A stretch of 64,000 bases of DNA from Neoechinorhynchus agilis. Its lineage: Eukaryota; Animalia; Acanthocephala. Below the pieces are notes generated by a model that was not told the origin of the DNA, did not search any database, and saw nothing but the letters and a program-made list of their open reading frames with translations. The first letter of the stretch is position 1, and the number at the start of each line of letters is the position of its first letter. The translations under genes were made by a program, and so were the position numbers. This document shows, piece by piece, positions 11,864-22,379 of this stretch. The DNA lies in contig CM121342.1 in the NCBI GenBank assembly GCA_051530055.1, forward strand, positions 11,671,480-11,735,479, written 5' to 3'.

Positions 11864-12874
11864 ATGTTAAGGACGGTATTTTGCAATCGAAGTTTCCGAC
11901 TTTACGTTTTTCTGTGTTGCTTCTACGCTGCATATCTGATACTTGGTGCTTACGCATTCGCTTATATTGAAGGCGGATCTGCCGAAAGGAACAGAATTGA
12001 TCGGTACTTGATTTCAAGAGAGAAATTCCTCAAAGAAAACAATTTGAGTCAAGAATCCCTTGATTTATTTCTTAATGAAGTACTGGATCTAAGTGGAAAA
12101 GGTATAGGAGTCACCGCGTCCACGATCAACGAAACCAATTGGGTGATATCCAAGTCGTTCATGTTTGTTACTACTCTCATAACGACAGTCGGATACGGTC
12201 ATGTGAGTCCGGCCACGAATCTCGGCAAACTCTTGTGTATCGTTTACGCCAGCTTCGGAATCATTCTGACAGTCGGTGAAAACCCGGTTTTCAAGGATGT
12301 TTCTTGGGAAAACCGGTTTTCTGTAATGCTCTTCTCCGCAACCATGGAAAGAATGTTCTATTTATCATATAGAACCGTCCAAGGCATCATAAGAACTAGA
12401 CGCGGTACCAGCAGCGAAGATGCTGTCCGAACAATTCTATTCATTTGCGTCCTATCATTCATTCTAGTCTTTGTATTCATCGTTCCTTCATTTACTTTCT
12501 TTTTAATCGAAAGACCGAAATGGTCCCTTCTAGATGCTGTCTACTTCTGCTTCATTTCAGTCACAACCATCGGTCTTGGCGATTACGTACCGGGAGAAGG
12601 ATTCAATGGGTTCCGTGGAACCGCATACAAACTATTATCGTCCTTTTATATAGTTGTAGGAGCTCTTCTAATGCTGTTTCTTCTTTCAGTCGCAACGATC
12701 GTTCCATTTGTTAAACATTTCGATTGGTGCCACATGGACTATGGCGAAGACCCAGATGATTTGCAATCGTTGATTAGCAGCCAAATCGAATCAGTGCCGC
12801 CTTATATTAGGAGAATCGAACGCGAAAACACAAACGAAACGAATCACATTACAACGGACAGTTCGGTTGAGTAA
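11864..12874 (+). CDS. Two-pore-domain potassium channel (KCNK/TWIK-like) with a 51-nt hairpin insert in M2
   Basis: Pore 1 TTVGYGHVSP, pore 2 FISVTTIGLGDYVPG, and four TM segments. Confidence 0.92.
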   Translation: MLRTVFCNRSFRLYVFLCCFYAAYLILGAYAFAYIEGGSAERNRIDRYLISREKFLKENNLSQESLDLFLNEVLDLSGKGIGVTASTINETNWVISKSFMFVTTLITTVGYGHVSPATNLGKLLCIVYASFGIILTVGENPVFKDVSWENRFSVMLFSATMERMFYLSYRTVQGIIRTRRGTSSEDAVRTILFICVLSFILVFVFIVPSFTFFLIERPKWSLLDAVYFCFISVTTIGLGDYVPGEGFNGFRGTAYKLLSSFYIVVGALLMLFLLSVATIVPFVKHFDWCHMDYGEDPDDLQSLISSQIESVPPYIRRIERENTNETNHITTDSSVE

Positions 12875-13744
12875 AATTGAGAAATTTGAATAAACATTTT
12901 CGCATTTATAGAAACAATTTTTTTACTTTTCGGGGATTGCTAAGATAAACTTGTTCGTTACAGTTTTAGGAGCCCGTGAAGTGGCAAAAAAAGAGAAAAA
13001 TACAAATGCTTCAATCCGTCGCTCGCGACGCAAGGGAATGTTTTAATATAAACAAAATTGGAAAAGAAATAAATAATATCAGATCTTTGTCGAATATAAA
13101 GTAGAATGTCGCTTATCCTCCGAATTAGTGACGACCGGACACCATTCGGATACGAGATTTTTTTCGGAAATACCCAAAACCCAACGAGGTCGGTTCTTAA
13201 CACTCGGCGGCGGGGGTAAGTGTTTTAATATAAACAAAATTGGAAGAGAATTAAACAGTTTTAGCTTTTTCGTTTAAAATAATCACTGTTATCTCTACCA
13301 TTGTACACCTTCACTTTTTGCCTGCAAGTCCTTCGATCCTCTTATTTGAAAAGAAGTTGAGTATGGCAGCAATCCGGACAAAAATTGACGTATGGGATAA
13401 TCGACGTTCCACTGTACCGTCAAACAAGATTTTGTTCTACTAATCGGTCTCTTTTTTTCCAACAAAACCTCGGTTTCCAGATATAAGCAGGTTCAATAAT
13501 TAGAAGTAGCAGAGGCCACTTTTGACTGCGATAATGTGTCCCATTTCGATTTTGTCAATATCATTGAGTTATTGACCATAGATTAGTACTTACTGAAAGT
13601 GTTTAATCAACGAATGAAATGCTGATAGAAAAATCGGACCTCTTCACGGTTGTACGGTTTAAAGTTAACGTCAGTGTTAATGAGCGCAATAACAACCAAG
13701 CATTTGCGGTTCAATCGTCTTTACTTTTGATCACGAACGCGTGA

Positions 13745-14329
13745 ATGTACGATAGAGCGATGGGACAATCGAAGTCGTCGCCTAATTCGACAGACCAATC
13801 AACCCAGTGCAACTGCGCTCAAAGACAATCAGTACCCAGGCAACTGGTAATCATCAGAGGAATACCACCGTCAGTAGCTTTGCCGTATTTCGGGATTATT
13901 CCACCAAAAACATATTATACACTTGAACAGCAGCAACAAACTCAACCAACAATTCCACAGTCAACTTCTACAAACATTTATGTATCATTCGAAAAAACGA
14001 AGGCAACGAATGCGTCCAGCGCAATAGAGAATCTTTCGAAAGAGGAAGAGACAAAGAACGTCGTTAGATATCAACGTCCAATACCGCAAGGATATAGAGT
14101 TTCACTGTTCACAGGAAAACCACTTGGACGAACGGGACCGCCACCTTTGCCTCCAAAAAGTGCTCATTTGCCAATACTCACAGGACCGCCACCTTTGCCT
14201 CCAAAAAGTTCTCATTTGCCAATACTCACAGGACCGCCACCTTTGCCTCCAAAAAGTTCTCATTCGTCCATCCCAATACGAAGAATGCGCCGTGGGGCAA
14301 TCCTGAAGCGAAGAAGGAGGCGACATTGA
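13745..14329 (+). CDS. Pro-rich protein with three 48-bp repeats (TGPPPLPPKS(A/S)HLPIL) and a basic C-terminus
   Basis: 194-aa ORF with the tandem repeat at ~14130-14270. Confidence 0.55.
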   Translation: MYDRAMGQSKSSPNSTDQSTQCNCAQRQSVPRQLVIIRGIPPSVALPYFGIIPPKTYYTLEQQQQTQPTIPQSTSTNIYVSFEKTKATNASSAIENLSKEEETKNVVRYQRPIPQGYRVSLFTGKPLGRTGPPPLPPKSAHLPILTGPPPLPPKSSHLPILTGPPPLPPKSSHSSIPIRRMRRGAILKRRRRRH

Positions 14330-15282
14330 TAATATAGATTTTTAATAAACGGCGCATTTGGTGTACCATTCACGCTCTTTAAAAGTCACGGATCGAGCAC
14401 TTGATTACACGCCGATTAAATGCATCATCGACTTTAGACCACAAGATTAGCACCGATTGAAACCATTATTTTTATCAAAGATGGGCAATGCGAATAAAAG
14501 ACGAGAACCGGAATTAGAAGAACGCATACCGCAGACTCCGAGGAGAATGATAATTATAAGAAGGCAAATACCAATGTTCCAAAACGATACATTCAATAAT
14601 CCGTCTGTGGTAGGGCAGCAATTTGTCAATGAACCACAACAGCGATTTGTATCGTTGCCATATCCAGTAAATCTTAATAATGCAATGCCATTACAAGTAA
14701 TTCCAAATTTCTGTTGTCGACATCGATTGCTAAGGCCCGAGAAAATATCTTATTTTTAAAGTTGGTTGTTCAAGGTAAAAGCCTATTTTCTATATAGTAA
14801 TATCAAGTTTTGTTTTCGAATATATACACCTGAACAACGATAAAGAAAATCTTTACTTTCGAGCTTTCCTTAAAGTAGCGACATCGAAATATGGAAAGTT
14901 AGTCCCGCCTTTTGAGCAGTTCTTTGGCTTTGTCTAGATAATTTCCAGAATTCTCCCTCGTATAAAGATTTTCTTTACCAAAACAATCCTCTCCCAAATG
15001 TCCATTTTCGAAAACAAAACTTGGTCAATTCGCTGTGGCTGGAAAATCAAGTAGTCTTTTACAAGATTATAAAGTAATATTATTTCTTGTATATTTTAAT
15101 TGAAATAATAGCCGTTATTTAATCATGGTTAAATTGTATTCAATGAATTAGTGAGTAATTTAAGAGGTTTGAGAGTCAACGCAAACGGCAAAGTCTAGCC
15201 CATTAAAATAGCCCCCTAATAATCCGCACTTTTCATCGTTCTTTGCTTTGATGTTGAACTTTGCCAGGCAGCATCACAGAAC

Positions 15283-15666
15283 TTGGTGTTAAATAAAAAT
15301 TTATATGTTCATATACCGGACATATCAGAGATTATAAAACAGTTGCAGTCAACATATCCCAGAGCAACAACAGAACCGATTGCTACAAGTTCTTCAGTGC
15401 AGCAGCCGCTTTTCCAGCCGAATGAGCCGTCCGCTCCACCACCACCACCTTGGGAACAAATTTATGCCGATTCAAGTACAATGCCTCGAAACGCTGAACC
15501 ATTACCATCTCGGAAACCCACTTATTTTAGTTCAAGAACAGCGCCTCGACCACCTCCACGAACAACGTCTCTTGGTTCAAGAGCGACGCCTCCAGAACTG
15601 CATCGTTCGAATACTTCAAGGACTGTTCCTAGAGTAAATATCTTAACAGGAAAGCGGCTTAGATGA
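15283..15666 (+). CDS. Pro-rich protein (PSAPPPPPWEQIY), possible paralog of 13745
   Basis: 127-aa ORF. VNILTGKRLR resembles VSLFTGKPLGR in the 13745 ORF. Confidence 0.4.
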   Translation: MVLNKNLYVHIPDISEIIKQLQSTYPRATTEPIATSSSVQQPLFQPNEPSAPPPPPWEQIYADSSTMPRNAEPLPSRKPTYFSSRTAPRPPPRTTSLGSRATPPELHRSNTSRTVPRVNILTGKRLR

Positions 15667-15793
15667 TTATAAAAATCTTTCTTAATTTTCTTGTGGGCAA
15701 AATTAGGTATGGGAAAATACAATGAACTAAAATCTCAGCCTAGGACGCAGCATTCGCTATATCTTAGATTTAGTTTCCTTCGTATTTCAGACT

Positions 15794-18700
15794 TTGGAAA
15801 GTAGAGGCAACGTAAAACTAAAGGCTCAAGTTAAAAAAATGCGGCTAAAATACATTCAAATACTCAGCGGAATTTATTCTCGTTTACAAGCAAATCTGAC
15901 AGTTGAAAAACTTACAAGCAAAAATCTACAAGCAATCGGCATGTCAACGAATTCACAGCCGTCCCCTCGCTCCACTCGAGACTTAACTATCTCAGCAAAC
16001 CACCATTCGCCGCACGTCGCACCGCCCACTTCCGACGCTGCGCCTCAACGTGCCACCTGTTAATCACGCGGATCACGAGTGGACCGACGCTGCAAATTCA
16101 CAAAATCAACTTTCGTCCGAAAAACCTGTAGAGAACAAGCGGCAAACGGAAATTTCAAGTACTCTGAGAAGTGAGGCCAATGCTGCCCGAGATCCGAAGG
16201 TCTTAACACATAATTGTCCGGTCTGTGACAAACATATCAAAATTACGAAAGGGGAGAATTTTGGACTCAGGGCCCAAGGGATTCCCGATGTGTTGGTTCC
16301 GGCCTTGTGCTAGCAAACTCAGCTCCTCAGCTCAATGAACCTCTTCAGAACATCCAAAACATCGTCCTTTGCACCCCTTCGTTGCTGGAGATCGTGCGCG
16401 TTTTGCCCAGAAACATCCTGAAGCGGATCCCGAAGGGCGTTCGATTTCAGGTAGCGAAGAGGTATTCAACCCTGATGAGCGACTGTCTTGAGACAAATAC
16501 CGAAATATCTTAGGCACGCCTTTTCGCATTCCCGAGACTGGTACTTTGTGCTGGAGTACCATCTGACGAGTCCCTTGTTACCCTCATCAAAAACCGGGTG
16601 TCCTCCTTCGACAATTCGTTTGGAGAGGTCCTACGCAAAGCTCGCGTTTTTAGGGGAGATTTTTCAAAGCCACCGAATCTGAGCCGAGTTTCAACCCGTT
16701 CAATGACCCAGAAAGTGTCTTCTAAACTCGCCGATGGTGATGTGAGAGGTGCGGTTCGCATTCTACCATCCACCAACGAATTCGCAAGAGATGATACGAA
16801 AACTCTCCAACTTCTCAGAGAGAAACATCCTCGACCCACTGATCATCTAGAATATTCGGAGATGATCCCCTCGTGTACCCCGTTAGAATTTTATGCTGTT
16901 AAGACAGCCGTTTCATTATTCGCAAATGGGTCAGCACATGGGCTGGACGGGCTTCGGCATCAGCACTTAAAGGACATGATGTCCTTCTCCGTAGGTGATC
17001 CATCCCATGTTCTCCTGAACGTCTTGACTCGGTTAGTCGGCGTTTTCTCTGGAGACAACCTGTCTCCCAAAGCGATCGAATTGTTTTTCGCGCTTCCCTC
17101 TGCGCTTTAGAAAAGAAGGACGGTGGGATTCGTCCCATCGCGATTGGCTCTACATTGAGACGACTAGCAGGGAAAGTGAATTCTAGGCGAGTCTCAGAAG
17201 GTGTTGCTGAACAGTTCAACTAGGTTGCTGCACACCTTGCGGGGCGGAAACCATAGTCCACGCACTCCGTACATTTGTTATTGAGAACGTCAAACCGTGT
17301 GTGATCCTAAAATTAGATTTCCGAAACGCCTTCAATTCCGTTAATCGCGACTCGCTCTTAAAAACTGTCAGAGATCACGCACCGAAGGCTTACGGGTATT
17401 TCAGAAATTCGTACGGAGCTGTGACCCTTCTTGTATTCAACGATCACATCATTCCTTCCGAAAGAGGCGTTCAACCGGGAGACCCATTAGGTCCCATTGG
17501 TTTCGCGCTCACAGTGAACGAATTAGCGCATTCTCTTGATCCGGAATTCAATGTCTGGTACCTGGACGATGCTACGCTGGAAGGCGATCCCTAGGTAGTT
17601 CTCCGTGACCTGGAGAAAATCAAGATGGGGGCAAGCAAGCTGGACATTGAATTGAGCACAGAAAAATGCGGAATTCTATTCCGTAACATAGAGACGGGCC
17701 CTGCAAAAGACGTAATAAAGCGCGACTTTGAAAATGTTGCACCCAGGATAGAAATGAGCGACCTTGTTGGGTAGTTGCGTCTTTGATGGGAATGTAGAAA
17801 ACGAAATTAACAGCCTTCTAAATAAATTATCGGTGCTTTGCGATAGGGTCTGTGAGCTTGGATCACACGAGGCTCTGTTCTCGATAAAGAATACCTCTCC
17901 ATCCCCAAGTTCTTTTATGCTCTACGCACTGCGCCGTTTTTCAAGCACAAGGTTCAGCTTGGCAAGCTAGATGACAGATTGAAGGACTGTCTCGAGCAAG
18001 TTTTAAATGTCCAGCTGTCAGAAGGGGCATGGCGACAAGCATCCTTGCCTGTATCTTCTGGCGGGTTGGGCATCCGGAAAACAGCAGACATATCCCTGCC
18101 CGCATTTTTAGGCTCCCACGAGGGAAGCAGAAGCGCAGTTCAGCGCATTTTGAAATCTACATATCATCTTGATAGGCATTTTGAAGTGGGAATCAATGAG
18201 TGGTGTACACTGACCAACTCCGATCAAGTACCTGTGAATGGCCCTGGGCCTCTCGTCGCAAGAGTACAAAGCTATCTCTTATCAGACTCAAGCGACGACG
18301 TTGTCCGTGCCAGGTTATTGGCAGTCTCCGCTAGAGAATCAGGTGCTTGGTTGAACGCGGTCCCGCTGGCATCTGTGGGTACTCTTCTCTTCGACGGGGC
18401 AGTAAGGGTCGGAGTTTCAATGAGACTAGGACTACCGATGTGCCATTCCCCACCGTTGCCGCTACGGTGCAAATATGGATTCGTCGGGACGTCATGGTCT
18501 CATCTGTAGAAAATCAGCCGGTAGATTCGCAAGACATGCCGAAATTAACATGGTGCTGAGCCAGGCACTTGTTACGCGGTAAATACCCCGAATATTTTGG
18601 AACCTGCCAACCTCTGTAGGGACGCCGAGCGTAGACCTGATGGGGCGACCGCATTTCCGTGGCAGGAGGATAAATGCCTCCTCTGGAAGGCCACTTGTGT

Positions 18701-18945
18701 CGATAAACTCGCGGCCAGCAAACTCAAGTTCTCGGTGATTCAAGCTGGAGGTGCAGCGAGTACTGCGGAAGGATGGAAAACGGCGAAATACCTCGATTTA
18801 ACCTGTGCCCATGCGTTTGTGCCTTTTGGGGTTGAGACCTACTTATCTCTTGGTAGCGAGGCTCTTCAGCATCGCCATGTTAAGAGGCAACACTGCTAGC
18901 ATTCGGACGACAATTGAGGACGAGGACGGCTAGGCTTACAGTGGA
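15794..18945 (+). mobile_element. Near full-length degenerate CRE-clade non-LTR retrotransposon (Zn finger, RT, RLE endonuclease)
   Basis: Fragments HNCPVCDKH, LKRIPKG, KLADGDVRGAVR, GLDGLRHQHLKD, KKDGGIRPIAIGSTLRRL, KLDFRNAFNSV, GVQPGDPLGP, WYLDDATL, LPVSSGGLGIR, RRPDG and FVPFGVET, with many stops and frameshifts. Confidence 0.9.
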
Positions 18946-19783
18946 GTTTGGTAAAAGAAGACACATGCATCGTTATCAAATTGTTATTATTGCGGATTTT
19001 TCTGGATGTTTCCCAAGAAATTGAATTATTCTACATTCATAAATTTTCATTCCCAAAAGATTGTCATTTCCTAAAGAAGTTGTTCGTTTATGTGTTCCTT
19101 GGTGATTATGAGAGACGAATAGATATTGATTTATTAATTCTCAATATTTCGTCCGTCTCAGTTAACAAACTTGCGAAACAACCTGTACAAGTCCGACAGA
19201 AGGGGCCGAGGAAATATTGAGAAGTAATAAATCAATTGCTATTCTTTTCTCATAATCACAGCAAAGAATGCAAACGCATTTCGTGATTTTAAAGGAGAAT
19301 TAGGAATAATTTTCAATTGGAGACCTCCGAATCTTTTTGTGAAGATTGGTATCTTTTAAATACATCGACGAAAACGAAAGGCGATTCCAAAATAGGACTG
19401 TTTTTATCGATTGATATTATGGATTTTGGAAGCGATCAAGCACATTGTTAAAAAGTTGGGCACGTCCTTGCCAAATGAATGTTGTAACTATGTGTGGATC
19501 TTATAAAGAATGTTAATCGCCAGAATGAGCTAAGAACTCCACAATTTATTTTGTTTGGTGATATAGCGAGAGAGATTAATTGCGTTTCACGCATTGTCCG
19601 TCCGTGTCGTCAGACTTCTTCAGGTTCCGACGAGACGGACAATGCGTGAAAGAGCAATCAATATCACCAAACAAAACAGATCCATCAACTTCTTTACAAG
19701 AATTCCACAATGTATCGGCATTTCCGCTTCTTTCGTGCTTCCTCGCCTACCGTTTTCCTCATTTTTAGTGTTGAGGGGATATA

Positions 19784-20143
19784 ATGAAGTATTTGTCAGC
19801 GGCTTTATTGGCTCGGATGTCCCTCGAGGACAGAGGAATGGGTGCTATGCCCATCGACCCTTCAGCTATTAAATCGATATTGTCGAGTATCGGTGCCGGA
19901 TGCGATGAAGGCATTGCAAAGTTAGTATGCAATCGCATTGGAAAGTTGAGCGTAAATGAACTGACTGCCCTTGGAGCGGATTTGGTTGGATTTCAGCCAG
20001 AATGTGGGGCAGCGACTGCCCCATCGTCAGCAGTAGCGTCTTCTTCGTTGAGCAATGTCCCGGCAGCGCCAGTTGAAGAGGAAAAGAAGGTTGAAAGTGA
20101 GGATAGTGACGAAGATGGAATGGGATTTGATTTGTTCGCTTAA
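19784..20143 (+). CDS. RPLP2: 60S acidic ribosomal protein P2-like (divergent paralog)
   Basis: MKYLSAALLA N-terminus, Ala-rich hinge, C-terminal EDSDEDGMGFDLFA. Confidence 0.75.
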   Translation: MKYLSAALLARMSLEDRGMGAMPIDPSAIKSILSSIGAGCDEGIAKLVCNRIGKLSVNELTALGADLVGFQPECGAATAPSSAVASSSLSNVPAAPVEEEKKVESEDSDEDGMGFDLFA

Positions 20144-20213
20144 TAATGTTATTGTCCGTGTGAATTAAGGTTTCGCTTTCATCTCCAAAGTTTACATCGC
20201 CTTTTTTAGAACC

Positions 20214-20543
20214 ATGATTTATCTCGCTTCATACTGCTTAGCTCGCCAATCATCCGACCAGTCATCGTCTAAAGATATTGAAAAGATCGTGAAGGCTGCT
20301 GGAGCCGAATTCGACTCATCCATGGCCGCCACTATTGTAGAACGTCTCAATGGACATGATCTCGTCGATTTGATAAATCAAGGTAAAGAAATGATGTCCA
20401 AGGTGGGCGGTGCCGCAGTTCCATCTCAGACAGCTTCGTCAGCCGTCGCTGCTCCAACAGAATCGAATACTACCCCAGCTGATGCTCCACAGGATCAAGA
20501 AGAAGATAGCGACGAAGAAATGGGATTTAATTTATTTGATTAA
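20214..20543 (+). CDS. RPLP2: 60S acidic ribosomal protein P2
   Basis: MIYLASYCLA..SSKDIEKIV..ERLNG..LINQG..EDSDEEMGFNLFD. Confidence 0.88.
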   Translation: MIYLASYCLARQSSDQSSSKDIEKIVKAAGAEFDSSMAATIVERLNGHDLVDLINQGKEMMSKVGGAAVPSQTASSAVAAPTESNTTPADAPQDQEEDSDEEMGFNLFD

Positions 20544-21352
20544 AGCTGTTTTGTGTCGGGTTATGTCTTCGATGATAAGATCTGTCTATTCCGATTATTT
20601 GACTCAAAGTGCCACATTGTCCGTTTCGTAATGCTGGACAAATCGCAAATCGATAACTACATGACTCGTTTAGGTTCGTTAGAGTAATACTATAATTCAT
20701 TTGGTTCTGATAAAATTCTCCTGCTGTTGGAGCTATGCGTGCCAGCGGGGACCATGAATCCCATTCAGACTGTTCCGGGTCGAAGCAACATCCGTAGATT
20801 ATGTAAAAGCAAACGGATTGAGTAACTGAACTGGTCCATCGTAGAGTAGCTGCTAGGCCGTCGTCTATTCGGCGATCGCGATCGATTACAACCAGGATTT
20901 AGAATGTGGATTGGTATATTTTGTACGGAATCTTAAACCCATATCGGATTTTGAAAAAACAAGGTCCTTTCATCTACTTTCAAACAATTCTGAAAAAGTC
21001 CTACGCGTAGATCATGAGATATGAAAATGAGAAATCATTTTTCTTTATTTCGCCTTGACCAAAACAATCTAACGAAAAGTTTTTATAACAACGCCAACGG
21101 AATGCTTTTGGGGTATATGAGATGAAATTTTTTAAAGAGCATAAGCTACGTTGCTGCGGTTAGATGGTAAAGAGCATCCGCTTCAGTTGTTATAGTATAA
21201 AGCGAATCTAAAGAAACATTCCGTTGACTTTGCCATGTATGTCAAAATTCTCGCCTAGTATCTCCCAAGGATTCGTCGATTTTGTCTTAAATTTCTAATC
21301 ACGCTCATCGGAACGTAAAAACCACGCTTAGGCGTCCAATAAAACGTATCAA

Positions 21353-21985
21353 TTACAACCGCATTGTTTGTACTAAGCTCAGGTTTTGCGCGAATAAGAT
21401 CACTTGCGGATGGATTTCATCCCTAATCAATGTTTTGGTTTGACCTCTCCGCCCATCAGCCAGAAAATCGGATTTTTTGTCTAGATCGTTGTACTGTTGG
21501 GTCCACTGATCGTCCTGTTTGATACTGTCCAAAAGATTATAGAGTGATCGGATGCTTCCACATCTTTTTGTCTGTTCATGAGGATCCCAAGGAATAGATC
21601 TTATGCTGTAATCATAAGCGACTGAGCAGTCTTGCCAATGGTAATCATGTACTCTTAAAGGTGGTGGAGGAGGCGCTAACTCTAAACGAGTCAGAGGTTC
21701 AGGCAGTGCTTCGGTTCGTCGACTTGGTTGTTGAACAAGAGTGTGGAGAGAGTACGAACTGTCGTTCCTACAAACGGTACTTAGAGAGTTTATTGGCGTT
21801 TGGCTGACTGATGAACTGTCGTCACTGCATTTTGTAGAAGATGTCGAGAACGTGGTTTCCCGAACTGACACGGACTCTCGGCGACTTCGTCTGGATTTTC
21901 CTCGTTGCTGTTGATTCGATCGACGATTGTGCCGTCCAGCTGTTCGGGAAGTGGAACAGCACAACTTTGAAGTGAAGCACAACAT
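21353..21985 (-). CDS. Unknown low-complexity protein (Arg/Ser-rich, polyproline)
   Basis: 210-aa open frame in AT-rich DNA; no family recognised. Confidence 0.4.
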   Translation of the reverse strand: MLCFTSKLCCSTSRTAGRHNRRSNQQQRGKSRRSRRESVSVRETTFSTSSTKCSDDSSSVSQTPINSLSTVCRNDSSYSLHTLVQQPSRRTEALPEPLTRLELAPPPPPLRVHDYHWQDCSVAYDYSIRSIPWDPHEQTKRCGSIRSLYNLLDSIKQDDQWTQQYNDLDKKSDFLADGRRGQTKTLIRDEIHPQVILFAQNLSLVQTMRL

Positions 21986-22379
21986 TAAAAAATGTTAATG
22001 AATAATGCATCTACAAACAAGGACATCGAAAAAAATTGCGACAAAATGAAACGATTGTAAGTGTAGACAAGAGTCTCGACGAAACCATCAAACTTTTTCG
22101 GAGTGCATGTCACTCCACAACCATGTACCGTCCACGCTTCGATCGATTATCAGCCGGGCACAAAGATTACCCAACTTTTGTTGCCATTGAGATTTGTATT
22201 CGTTATCACGTTTAAGACGCTCTTCGTCGCTCATTCGTTTGCATTGCTTCGCTGTTATGCCAAGAAGTTTATTAAGAACTGTACGTTAAAAAGGTACTTG
22301 TTCTAATCGACCATTTTAGCGGCCACAATATACGCTGTGGTTTTTATTTAATTTCAGCTTAATTGTTCATTGCGATTTA

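Noticed and set aside
20700-20900. Structured ncRNA downstream of RPLP2
   Set aside because: Slightly GC-richer, but no recognisable snRNA, RNase P/MRP or SRP motifs.
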